Below are positions 10,206 through 18,844 of a stretch of DNA of 64,000 nucleotides, piece by piece. A program made the position numbers and the translations under genes. The stretch's first letter is position 1, and every line of letters starts with the position of its first letter. Under the pieces are notes generated by a model that saw only the letters and a program-made list of their open reading frames with translations, was not told the DNA's origin and made no database searches. Origin of the DNA: Bryobacteraceae bacterium (GTDB lineage: Bacteria; Acidobacteriota; Terriglobia; Bryobacterales; Bryobacteraceae). The stretch is taken from the NCBI GenBank assembly GCA_035437465.1, contig DAOMYF010000003.1, positions 391-64,390 on the forward strand, in the 5' to 3' direction.

Positions 10206-10613
10206 CTACATCAGGCCGTTGCGAACCGCCGCGGCGAGGCGGCGGACTGTGGCCGTGCGACGAAAAGGTTCCGGGGGTGGTTTCGGCTTCGGGCTCACCA
10301 GCCACGAGAGCGCTCCGAAGGCGCAGAATCCCGCGAGAAGGGCGAGGCGCCAGCCCAGGCTGGACTCCCGCGAGTACAGATCCATCAGTAGTCCGAATCC
10401 GCACGCCAGCGCCGGATACACGAACAGCCGGTTGAGGATCACGCGGACGGGGGCCATGGACTCCACCGGATGCTGGAATACCGTCCCAAAACGGCTCGCC
10501 AGTTGATCTAGTAGCGGGTCATCGAGTCCCCCCGCCCCGGGCGGCGCAATCTCGATTTCCACCTGTGATTCCAGGGTCACCGTCTCGACAGGCACACCCA
10601 GACGGGCGGCCAC
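10206..10613 (-). CDS. Small membrane protein, paralogue of 10621..11061
   Basis: Shares its layout with the upstream neighbour: a soluble N-terminal segment, hydrophobic helices, and a C-terminal TVRRLAAAVRNG tail. GTG at 10613 follows the neighbour's stop. The maximal ORF (to 10691) would overlap that gene by about 70 nt. Confidence 0.5.
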   Translation of the reverse strand: MAARLGVPVETVTLESQVEIEIAPPGAGGLDDPLLDQLASRFGTVFQHPVESMAPVRVILNRLFVYPALACGFGLLMDLYSRESSLGWRLALLAGFCAFGALSWLVSPKPKPPPEPFRRTATVRRLAAAVRNGLM

Positions 10614-10620
10614 GAGGATC

Positions 10621-11061
10621 TCACCAGGCGCCGCGCCGGACCGCCCCCACGAGTTGCGACACCCGCACCCGGCGCTCCGCCGGTGCGGCATTCATGCCCC
10701 ACCGCCTCGCCGCCTGCAGGATGGCCACCCAGACCGGCATCACCACGAAGAGAAATGCTGTCGTCTCCGTCCAGACAGGCGGATTCTCCGGCACAACCCG
10801 CAAAACCGCCCCCGCCAGCCACCGATTGAAGAAGAGCGGTAGCGCAAACATCAGGACAAATACCAGCCCGGAGTGCTTCCTGTGCGTCAAAGGCGTGAAA
10901 TCAGTCGCGAAATGGTCCTGAATCCGCCGCAGAACGGGATCATTCTCTGGCAACCCGGGAGTTACCGCGATGCGGACCTCCGTGTCCGGTCCAACCTCGG
11001 CCACCGGCTGCTCCAGGGCGTCCGCGATAATCGTTCGCACCGTCAGTTCAATCGAGTCCAC
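10621..11061 (-). CDS. Small membrane protein, paralogue of 10206..10613
   Basis: 146 aa. Has an N-terminal amphipathic segment VRTIIADALEQPVAEVGPDTEV, two or three TM helices, and a C-terminal VSQLVGAVRRG tail. Starts 3 nt after the propeller gene's stop codon. Confidence 0.55.
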   Translation of the reverse strand: MDSIELTVRTIIADALEQPVAEVGPDTEVRIAVTPGLPENDPVLRRIQDHFATDFTPLTHRKHSGLVFVLMFALPLFFNRWLAGAVLRVVPENPPVWTETTAFLFVVMPVWVAILQAARRWGMNAAPAERRVRVSQLVGAVRRGAW

Positions 11062-11064
11062 GCC

Positions 11065-12132
11065 TCACTTCCACCACCCTTCGCCCTCCACCGCGTGCAG
11101 ATCGATCAGCGAGACGCCCTCGCCCTTCCGCCCGTCGTTGAAGATGACATAGCGCCCGTCCCGGCTGAACGAAGCGTGCGCGTGTACGCCCTTCTCCCCG
11201 CGGAGGTTCGTGATCAGCAGTTTCCGGTTGCCGGTCGCTGCTTCCATCAGCCAGAGATTGCCCGGCATGTCGTCCACCACCAGCACTTTGCCGTCCGCGC
11301 GCGCCGCCGTGTGCCAGTACTGCCCCGGCAACAGCCGGGACGTCCCCTCGCTGTCGGCGATGAGGATGCCGATCTTGTCCATGATCAACGTCATCCCGCC
11401 CGTGTCCGGGATCCAGGCTTCATGCGTCACCCACTCCTTCAGCGGCGTGAACCACATCTTGGGATCAGGACGCGCGTAAAACGGCCGGTTCGCCGTTCCG
11501 TCGCTGTTCACCAGCCAGGTGCGCTGTGGCGCATAGCCGCCCGTCTCCCACACATAAAAGATCTTGTCCTCCTTCGGGTGGTGCTGGACGTGCCCGATCC
11601 GGAACCCCTGGCTGACCACCGCCCGGTATTGCCCGGTCGCCAGGTCCATCAGGCCGATCTCCCAGTTGTGGTCGTCCTTCTGGTACGAGAGAGTCACCCG
11701 GCGAAGGTCCGGCGAAAACGTGGGCTGTCCATAGCCGCCCCAGTGCGACTTCGGACCCGCGCCCACGCGCCGTTCCTTTCGCGTCGCGAGGTTCAATTCC
11801 GTGAGGACATCCGCGCGCCAGTAATAAACGAGGTCCTTGTCGCGCGGATGGGGGGACGCCGATCCGGCCGCCACGCCCTCGCCCCCGGTCAGTCTGCTCA
11901 ACTGGCCCGACGCGACTTCGTAGCTGTGAATCTGACCGTCCACCGCGAGAATGACGAACCGGTCGCCGGCCGTGAAGTTCGAGAAGTGATAGTAGAGGTT
12001 GGAGGCCTTCTGGCCCGGCGCGGCGAGCGCCCGGCTTTCCACCCCGGTGACGGGATCTCGATCCGCCGCCTGGATTTCGACTGCAAGGAGAGACAAAGCA
12101 GGAAGAATCAGGTATATTGGTAAATGCTGCAT
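11065..12132 (-). CDS. Secreted TolB-like / oligogalacturonate-lyase-like beta-propeller protein
   Basis: ATG at 12132 gives a signal peptide MQHLPIYLILPALSLLAVEIQAA. Repeated propeller-blade-like segments are present (FSPDLRRV, SFSRDGRYVIF). The longer ORF to 12459 would overlap rpmB. Confidence 0.75.
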   Translation of the reverse strand: MQHLPIYLILPALSLLAVEIQAADRDPVTGVESRALAAPGQKASNLYYHFSNFTAGDRFVILAVDGQIHSYEVASGQLSRLTGGEGVAAGSASPHPRDKDLVYYWRADVLTELNLATRKERRVGAGPKSHWGGYGQPTFSPDLRRVTLSYQKDDHNWEIGLMDLATGQYRAVVSQGFRIGHVQHHPKEDKIFYVWETGGYAPQRTWLVNSDGTANRPFYARPDPKMWFTPLKEWVTHEAWIPDTGGMTLIMDKIGILIADSEGTSRLLPGQYWHTAARADGKVLVVDDMPGNLWLMEAATGNRKLLITNLRGEKGVHAHASFSRDGRYVIFNDGRKGEGVSLIDLHAVEGEGWWK

Positions 12133-12229
12133 GAAGCCACCATGGTAGCGCCAATGCGCGGCCATCGGGTATACTTCATGGAAGGGATTCCCCGCGTTCC
12201 CCCAGCGAACATCCTTGGAGTGAGCCATT

Positions 12230-12466
12230 ATGTCGAAGTATTGCCCAGTGACTGGAAAGCGCCCGGTGAGCGGGAACAGGGTGTCGCACGCCAACAACAA
12301 GTCGAAGCGTGTCTTTGAGCCCAATTTGCACGAGAAGCGCATCTGGTCCCCTGCCGAAGGCCGTTTCATCCGGATGCGGCTGAGCGCCAAGGGCCTCAAG
12401 ATCATGGACAAGCGCGGCGTGGATGCCGTGCTCGCCGACATGAGGAAACAGGGCGTCAAGTTCTAG
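12230..12466 (+). CDS. rpmB: 50S ribosomal protein L28
   Basis: [33 protein letters not shown] is the canonical L28 N-terminus. A GGAG Shine-Dalgarno sequence lies upstream. Confidence 0.95.
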   Translation: MSKYCPVTGKRPVSGNRVSHANNKSKRVFEPNLHEKRIWSPAEGRFIRMRLSAKGLKIMDKRGVDAVLADMRKQGVKF

Positions 12467-12475
12467 GAGATTATC

Positions 12476-12631
12476 ATGCCGCGCATTCTCATTCGTCTCG
12501 TATCCACGGCTGGCACGGGTCACTTCTACACCACCTCGAAGAACCCGAAGACCAAGACCGAAAAGATGCTCATCAAGAAGTACGACCCGACGATCCGCAA
12601 GCACGTCGATTACAAAGAAACCAAGATCTGA
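12476..12631 (+). CDS. rpmG: 50S ribosomal protein L33
   Basis: A 51-aa ORF that is not in the supplied track: [51 protein letters not shown]. An AGGAG Shine-Dalgarno sequence lies 7 nt upstream. Sits directly after rpmB, as in many bacteria. Confidence 0.9.
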   Translation: MPRILIRLVSTAGTGHFYTTSKNPKTKTEKMLIKKYDPTIRKHVDYKETKI

Positions 12632-12658
12632 CCGTTCGGATTCGAATCGTCCCTCAGC

Positions 12659-12700
12659 AACGCCCCGTCCCGCTTCGCGCGGCCGGGGCGTTGTTGTATA
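12659..12700 (+). terminator. Rho-independent terminator after rpmB-rpmG
   Basis: Perfect 9-bp stem, AACGCCCCG (12659-12667) with CGGGGCGTT (12684-12692), followed by GTTGTATAT. Confidence 0.6.
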
Positions 12701-12711
12701 TGCTGGTTAGC

Positions 12712-14037
12712 ATGAAACCACTGGGCGTCCTGCTTCTGTTGTCTCTGGTCTTCGCATTCCTCCTGCCGGCGGAAGTGCCCGGCGAATGGCCTCGCTGGCG
12801 TGGCCCTTTCGACACCGGCGTGGCCCGCGGTGATGCTCCTCTGGAGTGGAGCGACACGAAGAATGTCGCCTGGAAACTCGCAGTGCCCGGCCTGGGGAAT
12901 TCGTCCCCCGTCATCTGGGGTGACCGCCTATTTCTGACTACCGCGGTTCCTGTCGAGGGCGGACCCGCGCAGACCGGCGACGGCGCCGGTGGTTTCGGTC
13001 AGGGCGCCCGCGGCGCCCAACCCGCCCACCGTCTCGTTGTCATGGCCGTGGATCGCAAGTCCGGCAAGGTCATTTGGGAACAGACCGCCGCCACGGCCGT
13101 CCCCCACGAAGGGTTTCACCGCCGCTATGGCTCTTTCGCCTCGAATTCGCCCGTCACGGATGGCAAGCGCCTCTACACGTTTTTCGGCTCCCGCGGCGCA
13201 TTCTGCTACGACCTCAACGGCAAACTCCTCTGGAAGTACGAACCCGGCGTCCAGATGCGCATGCGCAATGCCTTCGGCGAAGGCACGGCCGCCGTCCTCG
13301 ACCAGGACACCCTGCTGCTGAACTTTGACCACGAAGGTCCCTCGTTCCTCGTCGCCCTCGACGCCGCCACCGGCAAACCCCGCTGGAAGGTGGACCGGGA
13401 CGAGATCAGCAACTGGTCGCCCCCGCTGGTCATTACCCACAATGGCGTCCGCCAGGCCATTCTCGCTGCCCCGAACAAGGTCCGCTCCTACAACATGGCC
13501 AATGGCGAACTGATCTGGGAGTGCGCGGGCCTCGGTCACAACACCATCCCCGCCCCGGTGGTCCACAAGGATACCGTTCTGGTGATGAGTGGCTACCGCA
13601 ACCCGAAGTTGATGGCCATCAAACTGGGCGGGAAGGGGGATTTGACGGGGACCGACTCCGTGGTCTGGTCCACCGTGCGCGGCGCCGCCTACACGGCTTC
13701 CCCGGTCATTCACGACGGCCGGCTTTACGTCATCATGGATTCCGGCCTGTTCTCCTGCTTCGATGCCACCACCGGCGAGGCCCACTACGAGCGGACCCGC
13801 CTGCCCAAGCCCTACAACTTCAAGGCGTCGCCCGTCGCCGCCAACGGCAAGCTCTATCTTTCGACAGAAGAGGGTGATGTCGTGGTCGTCAAAATGGGCA
13901 ACACGTTCGAGGTCCTCGCCACCAACACGCTCGCCGACCAGGTCTTCATCTCCTCGCCCGCCTTCGCCGGCGGTGAAATCTACCTGCGCAGTACCACCCA
14001 CCTGTTTGCCATCCGCGAAGGGGCGGGCGCGCGCTAA
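12712..14037 (+). CDS. Secreted PQQ-like (BamB-like) beta-propeller repeat protein
   Basis: Signal peptide MKPLGVLLLLSLVFAF. Contains WPRWRGP, SSPVIWGDRLFL, and repeated ...G.L.W... blades. ATG 12712 is chosen because ATG 12691 lies inside the terminator stem. Confidence 0.8.
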   Translation: MKPLGVLLLLSLVFAFLLPAEVPGEWPRWRGPFDTGVARGDAPLEWSDTKNVAWKLAVPGLGNSSPVIWGDRLFLTTAVPVEGGPAQTGDGAGGFGQGARGAQPAHRLVVMAVDRKSGKVIWEQTAATAVPHEGFHRRYGSFASNSPVTDGKRLYTFFGSRGAFCYDLNGKLLWKYEPGVQMRMRNAFGEGTAAVLDQDTLLLNFDHEGPSFLVALDAATGKPRWKVDRDEISNWSPPLVITHNGVRQAILAAPNKVRSYNMANGELIWECAGLGHNTIPAPVVHKDTVLVMSGYRNPKLMAIKLGGKGDLTGTDSVVWSTVRGAAYTASPVIHDGRLYVIMDSGLFSCFDATTGEAHYERTRLPKPYNFKASPVAANGKLYLSTEEGDVVVVKMGNTFEVLATNTLADQVFISSPAFAGGEIYLRSTTHLFAIREGAGAR

Positions 14038-14046
14038 GCTCGATTC

Positions 14047-15273
14047 ATGGATCCCGCCCATCCGCCCGGCCGGTTGCAGGAACAACTGGCCGAGTTGCGC
14101 CGGAAGATCGCGCGGATGGAAGCCCGTTCGCCAGTTGTTCGCTTCGAGGCTCCGGCCAGCCTCAATGAAGGCGAAGAAGCGGCAAACGCGGCCGGCGTCC
14201 ACTGGCGGATGCGCCGCTCCTGGCCCTCTCATTTCCGCCACGGCAACGCCGATGTCGGCGCGCTCTGCGAGTTGCCGCCCAGTCTGCTGGACGTGCTGAC
14301 CGAGGAGACAGGCTGGAGCGTGCCGCCGGAGCGTTGGGCCTTCGTCGATACCGAAACCAGCGGGCTTGCCGGCGGTTCGGGCACGTTCGCCTTTCTCGTC
14401 GGCGGCGGCGCCATCACCCCCGATGGTTTCGTTGTGGACCAGTTCTTCCTCCGTGAACCCGCCGAGGAGGCTTCGCAACTCGAAGGCTTCACCGAATGGC
14501 TCTCCGGTTTCGACGTGATGGTCACCTACAACGGCCGCGCTTTCGACATTCCCCTGCTCGAAACCCGCTATCGCCTCGCGCGGATGAAGCCTCCGTTCGC
14601 CCGGTTGCGTCACATCGACCTGCTCTACTCGGCCCGGCGTCTGTGGCGTCTGGCCCTCGAACGCTGCCGCCTGCAGGATCTGGAAGTGCGCATTTTGGGC
14701 TTTGAACGTGTCGGAGACACGCCCGGAGCGCTCATTCCGCAGCTGTATTTTGACTTTTTGCGCACCGGCAACGCCCGCCCGCTTGAAGGCGTCTTCGAGC
14801 ACAACGCCCTCGATATCCTCTCGCTCGCCTGCCTCGCCGGGATCGTCCCCGCCGCTTTCCGCGACCCGGCCCGCCTCCGATCCGCCGCCGAAATGCTCGG
14901 GATCGCCCGCTGGCTGCGCAACGAACAGCGGTTCGAGGAGGCGCTGGCTCTGATGCGCGAGGCCGTGAAGCGCCCGCTCGCGGAAGCGCTGCTCTTCGAA
15001 ACCCTCTGGCACATGGGCGATATCGAGCGCCGTCTGGACCGCCACGACGCCGCTGTCGCCCTCTGGAGCGAGCTTTCGACCGTCGCCAACCCCTGGCGCG
15101 CCCAGGCTTTGGAGCGCCTGGCCATCCACTACGAACACCGCGAGCGCAATCCCGCGATGGCGCTCGAGATGACCCGCGCCGCCCTCGCGATCGCGCCTTC
15201 CGAAGCCCTCGTCAAGCGTCTGAACCGCCTTCAATTACGCGCAAATCGCCCCAAGAGCGGCCGTCTGCTGTAG
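14047..15273 (+). CDS. DEDDh 3'-5' exonuclease domain (YprB/COG3359-like RNase H fold) fused to C-terminal TPR-like repeats
   Basis: Exo motifs FVDTETSGL, YNGRAFDIPLL and HNALDILSL. The C-terminal half is helical-repeat-like (ALALMREAV..., LERLAIHYEH). Confidence 0.75.
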   Translation: MDPAHPPGRLQEQLAELRRKIARMEARSPVVRFEAPASLNEGEEAANAAGVHWRMRRSWPSHFRHGNADVGALCELPPSLLDVLTEETGWSVPPERWAFVDTETSGLAGGSGTFAFLVGGGAITPDGFVVDQFFLREPAEEASQLEGFTEWLSGFDVMVTYNGRAFDIPLLETRYRLARMKPPFARLRHIDLLYSARRLWRLALERCRLQDLEVRILGFERVGDTPGALIPQLYFDFLRTGNARPLEGVFEHNALDILSLACLAGIVPAAFRDPARLRSAAEMLGIARWLRNEQRFEEALALMREAVKRPLAEALLFETLWHMGDIERRLDRHDAAVALWSELSTVANPWRAQALERLAIHYEHRERNPAMALEMTRAALAIAPSEALVKRLNRLQLRANRPKSGRLL

Positions 15274-15364
15274 TCTCTCCCCCCCCATCTTTCGGGTGCA
15301 ACCGCCTCTGTGCAGTTACTTCGAGGCCGCGGCGGGGCGTCTGCTCAGTTGAAGGAGGCCGGAC

Positions 15365-15976
15365 ATGTCGAATACCTCGAAAGTATTGATTACACTGACC
15401 TTGGCGCCGGCACTTCTGTACTCCCAGGCGACTCTGGCCGTCCTGCTGGACGCCGGCCCGGCCCTTGCGCCGGACACGCGCTTGGAACTGGAAGAGGAAT
15501 TGGGCGCGCTTCTCGCTCAGGCGGGGGTGCAGGTTCTGGTGCAGGACATCGCTCCGCTGAACCATTTGGGCGCGGTGTCGGGGCTGGTGAACGTCCATTT
15601 GCACGGGGCCGGGCCGGTCAATGTGGGCCGGAGGGGGATGCCCGTTTCCGGGTCGCTGGGCTGGGTCACGCAATTGGACGGTGTGGTGCAGCCGTTTATC
15701 CATGTGGACGCGGCCGCGGTGGCGATGCACATTGGGCCGTTATTTCTGCGCGGGCAGGAGGCGCTGGCGCAGATTCTGTTGGGGCGGGCGCTGGCCCGGG
15801 TGGTGATGCACGAGTTGCTGCACTGGCTGACTCAGAGCGCCGAGCACGGCGAGGGGCTGCTGTTCCGGCCTTCGGTGGGCCCGTCCACTTTGATCGAAGA
15901 CGGGATCGGGCTCGATGCGGCCGAGATCTGGATAGTGCGCTGGGGATTGGGGCTGGTGGACGACGGGGTTTCCTAA
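15365..15976 (+). CDS. Hypothetical secreted HExxH(x7)H protein (putative minimal metallopeptidase), paralogue of 49903..50514
   Basis: 203 aa with a signal-like N-terminus. Shares LGWV, QPFI and GRALARVVMHELLHWLTQSAEH with the second copy in the window. Confidence 0.6.
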   Translation: MSNTSKVLITLTLAPALLYSQATLAVLLDAGPALAPDTRLELEEELGALLAQAGVQVLVQDIAPLNHLGAVSGLVNVHLHGAGPVNVGRRGMPVSGSLGWVTQLDGVVQPFIHVDAAAVAMHIGPLFLRGQEALAQILLGRALARVVMHELLHWLTQSAEHGEGLLFRPSVGPSTLIEDGIGLDAAEIWIVRWGLGLVDDGVS

Positions 15977-16136
15977 ACGGCGCAAGCCTGCTATCTTTTC
16001 TTCGGATGGGCCGTCTAAGAACCGAAGGCGAAAGCCTCGGAACACTATGATGACCCGATCCGGATCGATCGCTATAGGCGTTCCGGCCGCTTCGGTGGCC
16101 GGCGGGGCGAGCCGTACCGCCAGGACGGGCCAGTCG

Positions 16137-16706
16137 ATGGATGAAGCTGCACTGATCCGCGCCGCCCAGTCGGGCGACCAGGATGCTTTCGAGCGTCTGG
16201 TGCGGAACTATGACCAGCCGGTCCTGCGACTGGCGATGAACCTGCTGCGGTCCCCCGAGGACGCGTACGACATTTACCAGGAGGCCTTTTTGCGGGTGTA
16301 CCGCAATCTGGACTCTTTTCGTTTTGATTGTTCCTTTCACACGTGGTTGTACCGGATTGTCACCAATCTGTGCCTCGATCATCTCCGCAAGCGGAAGGTC
16401 CGGCGGACCGAACCGGCGGTGGTGGAGACCGAGGACGGGGTGATCGACCGGATGGACACGGTGGCCGAGGAACGCGCCGATGGTGACCCGCAGCGGCGGC
16501 TGTTGTCGGCGGAATTGCGGGGGAAGATCGAGGAAGTGCTCGCGACGATGACCTCGCGGGAGCGGATGGTGTTCGAGATGCGGCACTACCAGGGGATGCG
16601 CCTCCGCGCCATCGGCGAAGTGCTGGGCACCACCGAAGAAGCGGCGAAGAATTGTCTGTTCCGCGCCACGCAGAAGATGCGGGGCGCACTGGGAGAGTTT
16701 CTGTGA
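16137..16706 (+). CDS. ECF-type RNA polymerase sigma-70 family factor
   Basis: Region 2 reads FERLVRNYDQPVLRLAMNLLRSPEDAYDIYQEAFLRVY. The region 4 HTH reads MRLRAIGEVLGTTEEAAKNCLFRATQKMR. Start is at MDEAAL; the maximal ORF begins at 16047. Confidence 0.9.
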   Translation: MDEAALIRAAQSGDQDAFERLVRNYDQPVLRLAMNLLRSPEDAYDIYQEAFLRVYRNLDSFRFDCSFHTWLYRIVTNLCLDHLRKRKVRRTEPAVVETEDGVIDRMDTVAEERADGDPQRRLLSAELRGKIEEVLATMTSRERMVFEMRHYQGMRLRAIGEVLGTTEEAAKNCLFRATQKMRGALGEFL

Positions 16707-17623
16707 TGACCTGCGAACAAGCGCGCGAATCCCTGCTGCTGTTGAACTACGGCGAATTGACCTTCGAGCAGGAAGAAGCCCTCGAGACGCATCTGGGCGG
16801 GTGTCCGGAATGCGCGGCGGAGCGGGAACGGCTCGAGCGGATCGAGGATCTGCTGGCGGTGGGCGAGGCCGAACTTCCGCCGGGACTACTGGCACGCTGC
16901 CGCCGGGATTTGTCGGTCAAGATCGAGGAAGAGACCCGCCCGTTGAAGCGTTTCTCGCCGCGGCGGCTGTGGCGGGACTGGTTTGTGCACCCACCGGTGT
17001 GGGTTCGTCCGCTTGGGGCGGCGTTGATGGTGGCGGTGGGCTTTTTCGGAGCGCAGTTCGTGCCGGAGGGCAGGATGCCGGCGCTGGCGGGCGGCGGCGT
17101 GGCCGCGGAGCCGGTGATGTCGCGAGTCCGCTTCGTGAGCAACGATGATTCGGGGCTGGTCCGGGTGGTGATGGAAGAGACCCGGCAGCGCGAGTTCACG
17201 GGGTCGATGAACGACGACCGGATCCGGCAGGCATTGCTCGCGGCGGCGTCGGACCCGGCCGACCCTGGCTTACGGGTCGAGTCGATGGAGCTTCTGAAGA
17301 ATCAGGGGCAGCAGGATGACGTGAAGGCAGCGCTGTTGAATGCACTGCGGGCCGACACGAATTCCGGGGTCCGGCTGAAGGCGCTGGAAGGGCTGAAGCC
17401 CTACTCGCGCGAGCCCGAGGTTCGTGCGGTGCTGGCTCAGGTGCTTCTGAATGACGACAATCCGGGTGTCCGCACGCAGGCGATCGATCTGATGATCCAG
17501 AGCAATGAGCCGGAAGTGGCCGGGATTCTGCAGGAGTTGCTGCGGCGGGAGGAGAATTCCTACGTGCGTTCGCGAAGCCAGCGCGCGCTGGCCGAGATGA
17601 AGGCGAGCGTGGGGACTTTCTGA
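16706..17623 (+). CDS. Anti-sigma factor (zf-HC2) with one TM helix and C-terminal HEAT repeats
   Basis: The ATG overlaps the sigma gene's stop codon by 1 nt. Has an HLGGCPEC zinc-finger motif, a TM segment LGAALMVAVGFFGAQF, and repeated HEAT-like units (VRLKALEGL, VRTQAIDLM). Confidence 0.8.
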   Translation: MTCEQARESLLLLNYGELTFEQEEALETHLGGCPECAAERERLERIEDLLAVGEAELPPGLLARCRRDLSVKIEEETRPLKRFSPRRLWRDWFVHPPVWVRPLGAALMVAVGFFGAQFVPEGRMPALAGGGVAAEPVMSRVRFVSNDDSGLVRVVMEETRQREFTGSMNDDRIRQALLAAASDPADPGLRVESMELLKNQGQQDDVKAALLNALRADTNSGVRLKALEGLKPYSREPEVRAVLAQVLLNDDNPGVRTQAIDLMIQSNEPEVAGILQELLRREENSYVRSRSQRALAEMKASVGTF

Positions 17624-18798
17624 TGCAGGGGCGGATCGGGCAGAGCGCGGCGCTGTTGCTGGTGCTGGTGGGGGTGGCGGGGGCGCAACCGCCGGTCCGC
17701 CGTTCGGGCAGCGGGCAGTGGGAGCGCGAGGTGAAGGGGACGGTCTCCGCGGCCGGGGTTGAACGGCTGAAACTGTTGAGTCCGGGCCGGGTGACGATGC
17801 GGCCGGCGACCGGCCGGCGCGACGAAATCAGCTATGTCTGGACGCAGCGGATCCGGGCCCGGGATGACGCCGAGGCGCGAGCCCGGTTCGCCCGGATCCA
17901 GGTTGACAGCCAGTTCGGCAACGGCTGGTGCGTTCTGAACGCAAACGGGGCGGATCTGCTGCAGAGCGAATTGACTATTTCGGTTCCGGCGGGGTTGCGG
18001 CAGTATGTGCTGCAACTGGCCGGAGGGGGAGCGTCGGTGCGGGGACTGCGGGGCGAAGTGATGGCCTCGACCGGGTCAGGCAGCATCGAGATGGATGAGA
18101 TCAGTGGAGACGTGACGGTCCGGACGGGCGGCGGCGCGCTGCAGTTTGGCCGGATTGGGGGATCGTTGCGGTGCCTCTCCGGCGGCGGGACGATCCGGGC
18201 CGACCGGGTGGGCGGCGAGGCGGTCCTCGAGACGGCGGGCGGGGAGATCTGGATCCGCGAGTCAGGCGGGGCGGTCCGGGCGGCGACCGCGGGCAATATC
18301 CACATCGGGAAGGCAGGTGGGATGGTGTCGGCGCACTCGGCGGGCGGGTTGATTGAAGTGGAAGAAGCGGCGGGTGTCGTGACGGCGGAGACGGCGAGCG
18401 GGCCGATTGTGATCGGCTCGGCGCGCGGATTGCGAGCCGACACGGCGAATGGCAGTATCCGGGCGACCCGGGTCACCGGGGTGATCCGGGCAGCCACCCC
18501 GTCGGGCAGCATCTTCGTGGGCCTGGGGGCGGATCAGCCCCTCGGCAATTCGTTTCTTTCGAGCGGGCGGGGTGACATTACGGTGACCATCCCGGTGGGG
18601 GTGGGGGTGATGGTGAAGGCGTTGAACGAGACCGGCAGTTGGTATAGCCGGATTGTGTCGGAGTTTCCCGAAGTGCAGGGCCGGCAGGCGGCGGGCCGGG
18701 GCCGGCCGGTTCTGGCGCAAGGCGCGATTCAGGGCGGGGGCCCGGCGCTGCTGCTGTCGGTGAGCAACGGCGCGGTGTATCTTAAACGCGCCAAATAG
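17623..18798 (+). CDS. DUF4097-like beta-strand-repeat protein (putative adhesin fold)
   Basis: The ATG overlaps the upstream stop codon by 1 nt. Has a signal peptide and many degenerate repeats of the G-G-x-I/V-x-V/I type (GSGSIEM, GGGALQF, GGGTIRA, AGGEIWI, ASGPIVI, ANGSIRA, PSGSIFV). Confidence 0.75.
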   Translation: MQGRIGQSAALLLVLVGVAGAQPPVRRSGSGQWEREVKGTVSAAGVERLKLLSPGRVTMRPATGRRDEISYVWTQRIRARDDAEARARFARIQVDSQFGNGWCVLNANGADLLQSELTISVPAGLRQYVLQLAGGGASVRGLRGEVMASTGSGSIEMDEISGDVTVRTGGGALQFGRIGGSLRCLSGGGTIRADRVGGEAVLETAGGEIWIRESGGAVRAATAGNIHIGKAGGMVSAHSAGGLIEVEEAAGVVTAETASGPIVIGSARGLRADTANGSIRATRVTGVIRAATPSGSIFVGLGADQPLGNSFLSSGRGDITVTIPVGVGVMVKALNETGSWYSRIVSEFPEVQGRQAAGRGRPVLAQGAIQGGGPALLLSVSNGAVYLKRAK

Positions 18799-18844
18799 GC
18801 ACGTTTTGGACGCAAAAACGTCCAACAAACTGAGGTAAGCAGCC

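Noticed and set aside
12133-12459. 109-codon N-terminal extension of the beta-propeller ORF (maximal ORF 11065..12459)
   Set aside because: The extension overlaps rpmB on the opposite strand and lacks any signal peptide. The internal ATG at 12132 yields a classical signal peptide.
12928-15234. 768-aa minus-strand ORF covering the PQQ-propeller and exonuclease genes
   Set aside because: An antisense artefact. The sense frames carry clear propeller-repeat and DEDDh motifs, and this ORF is Gly/Ala/Arg-rich with no motifs.
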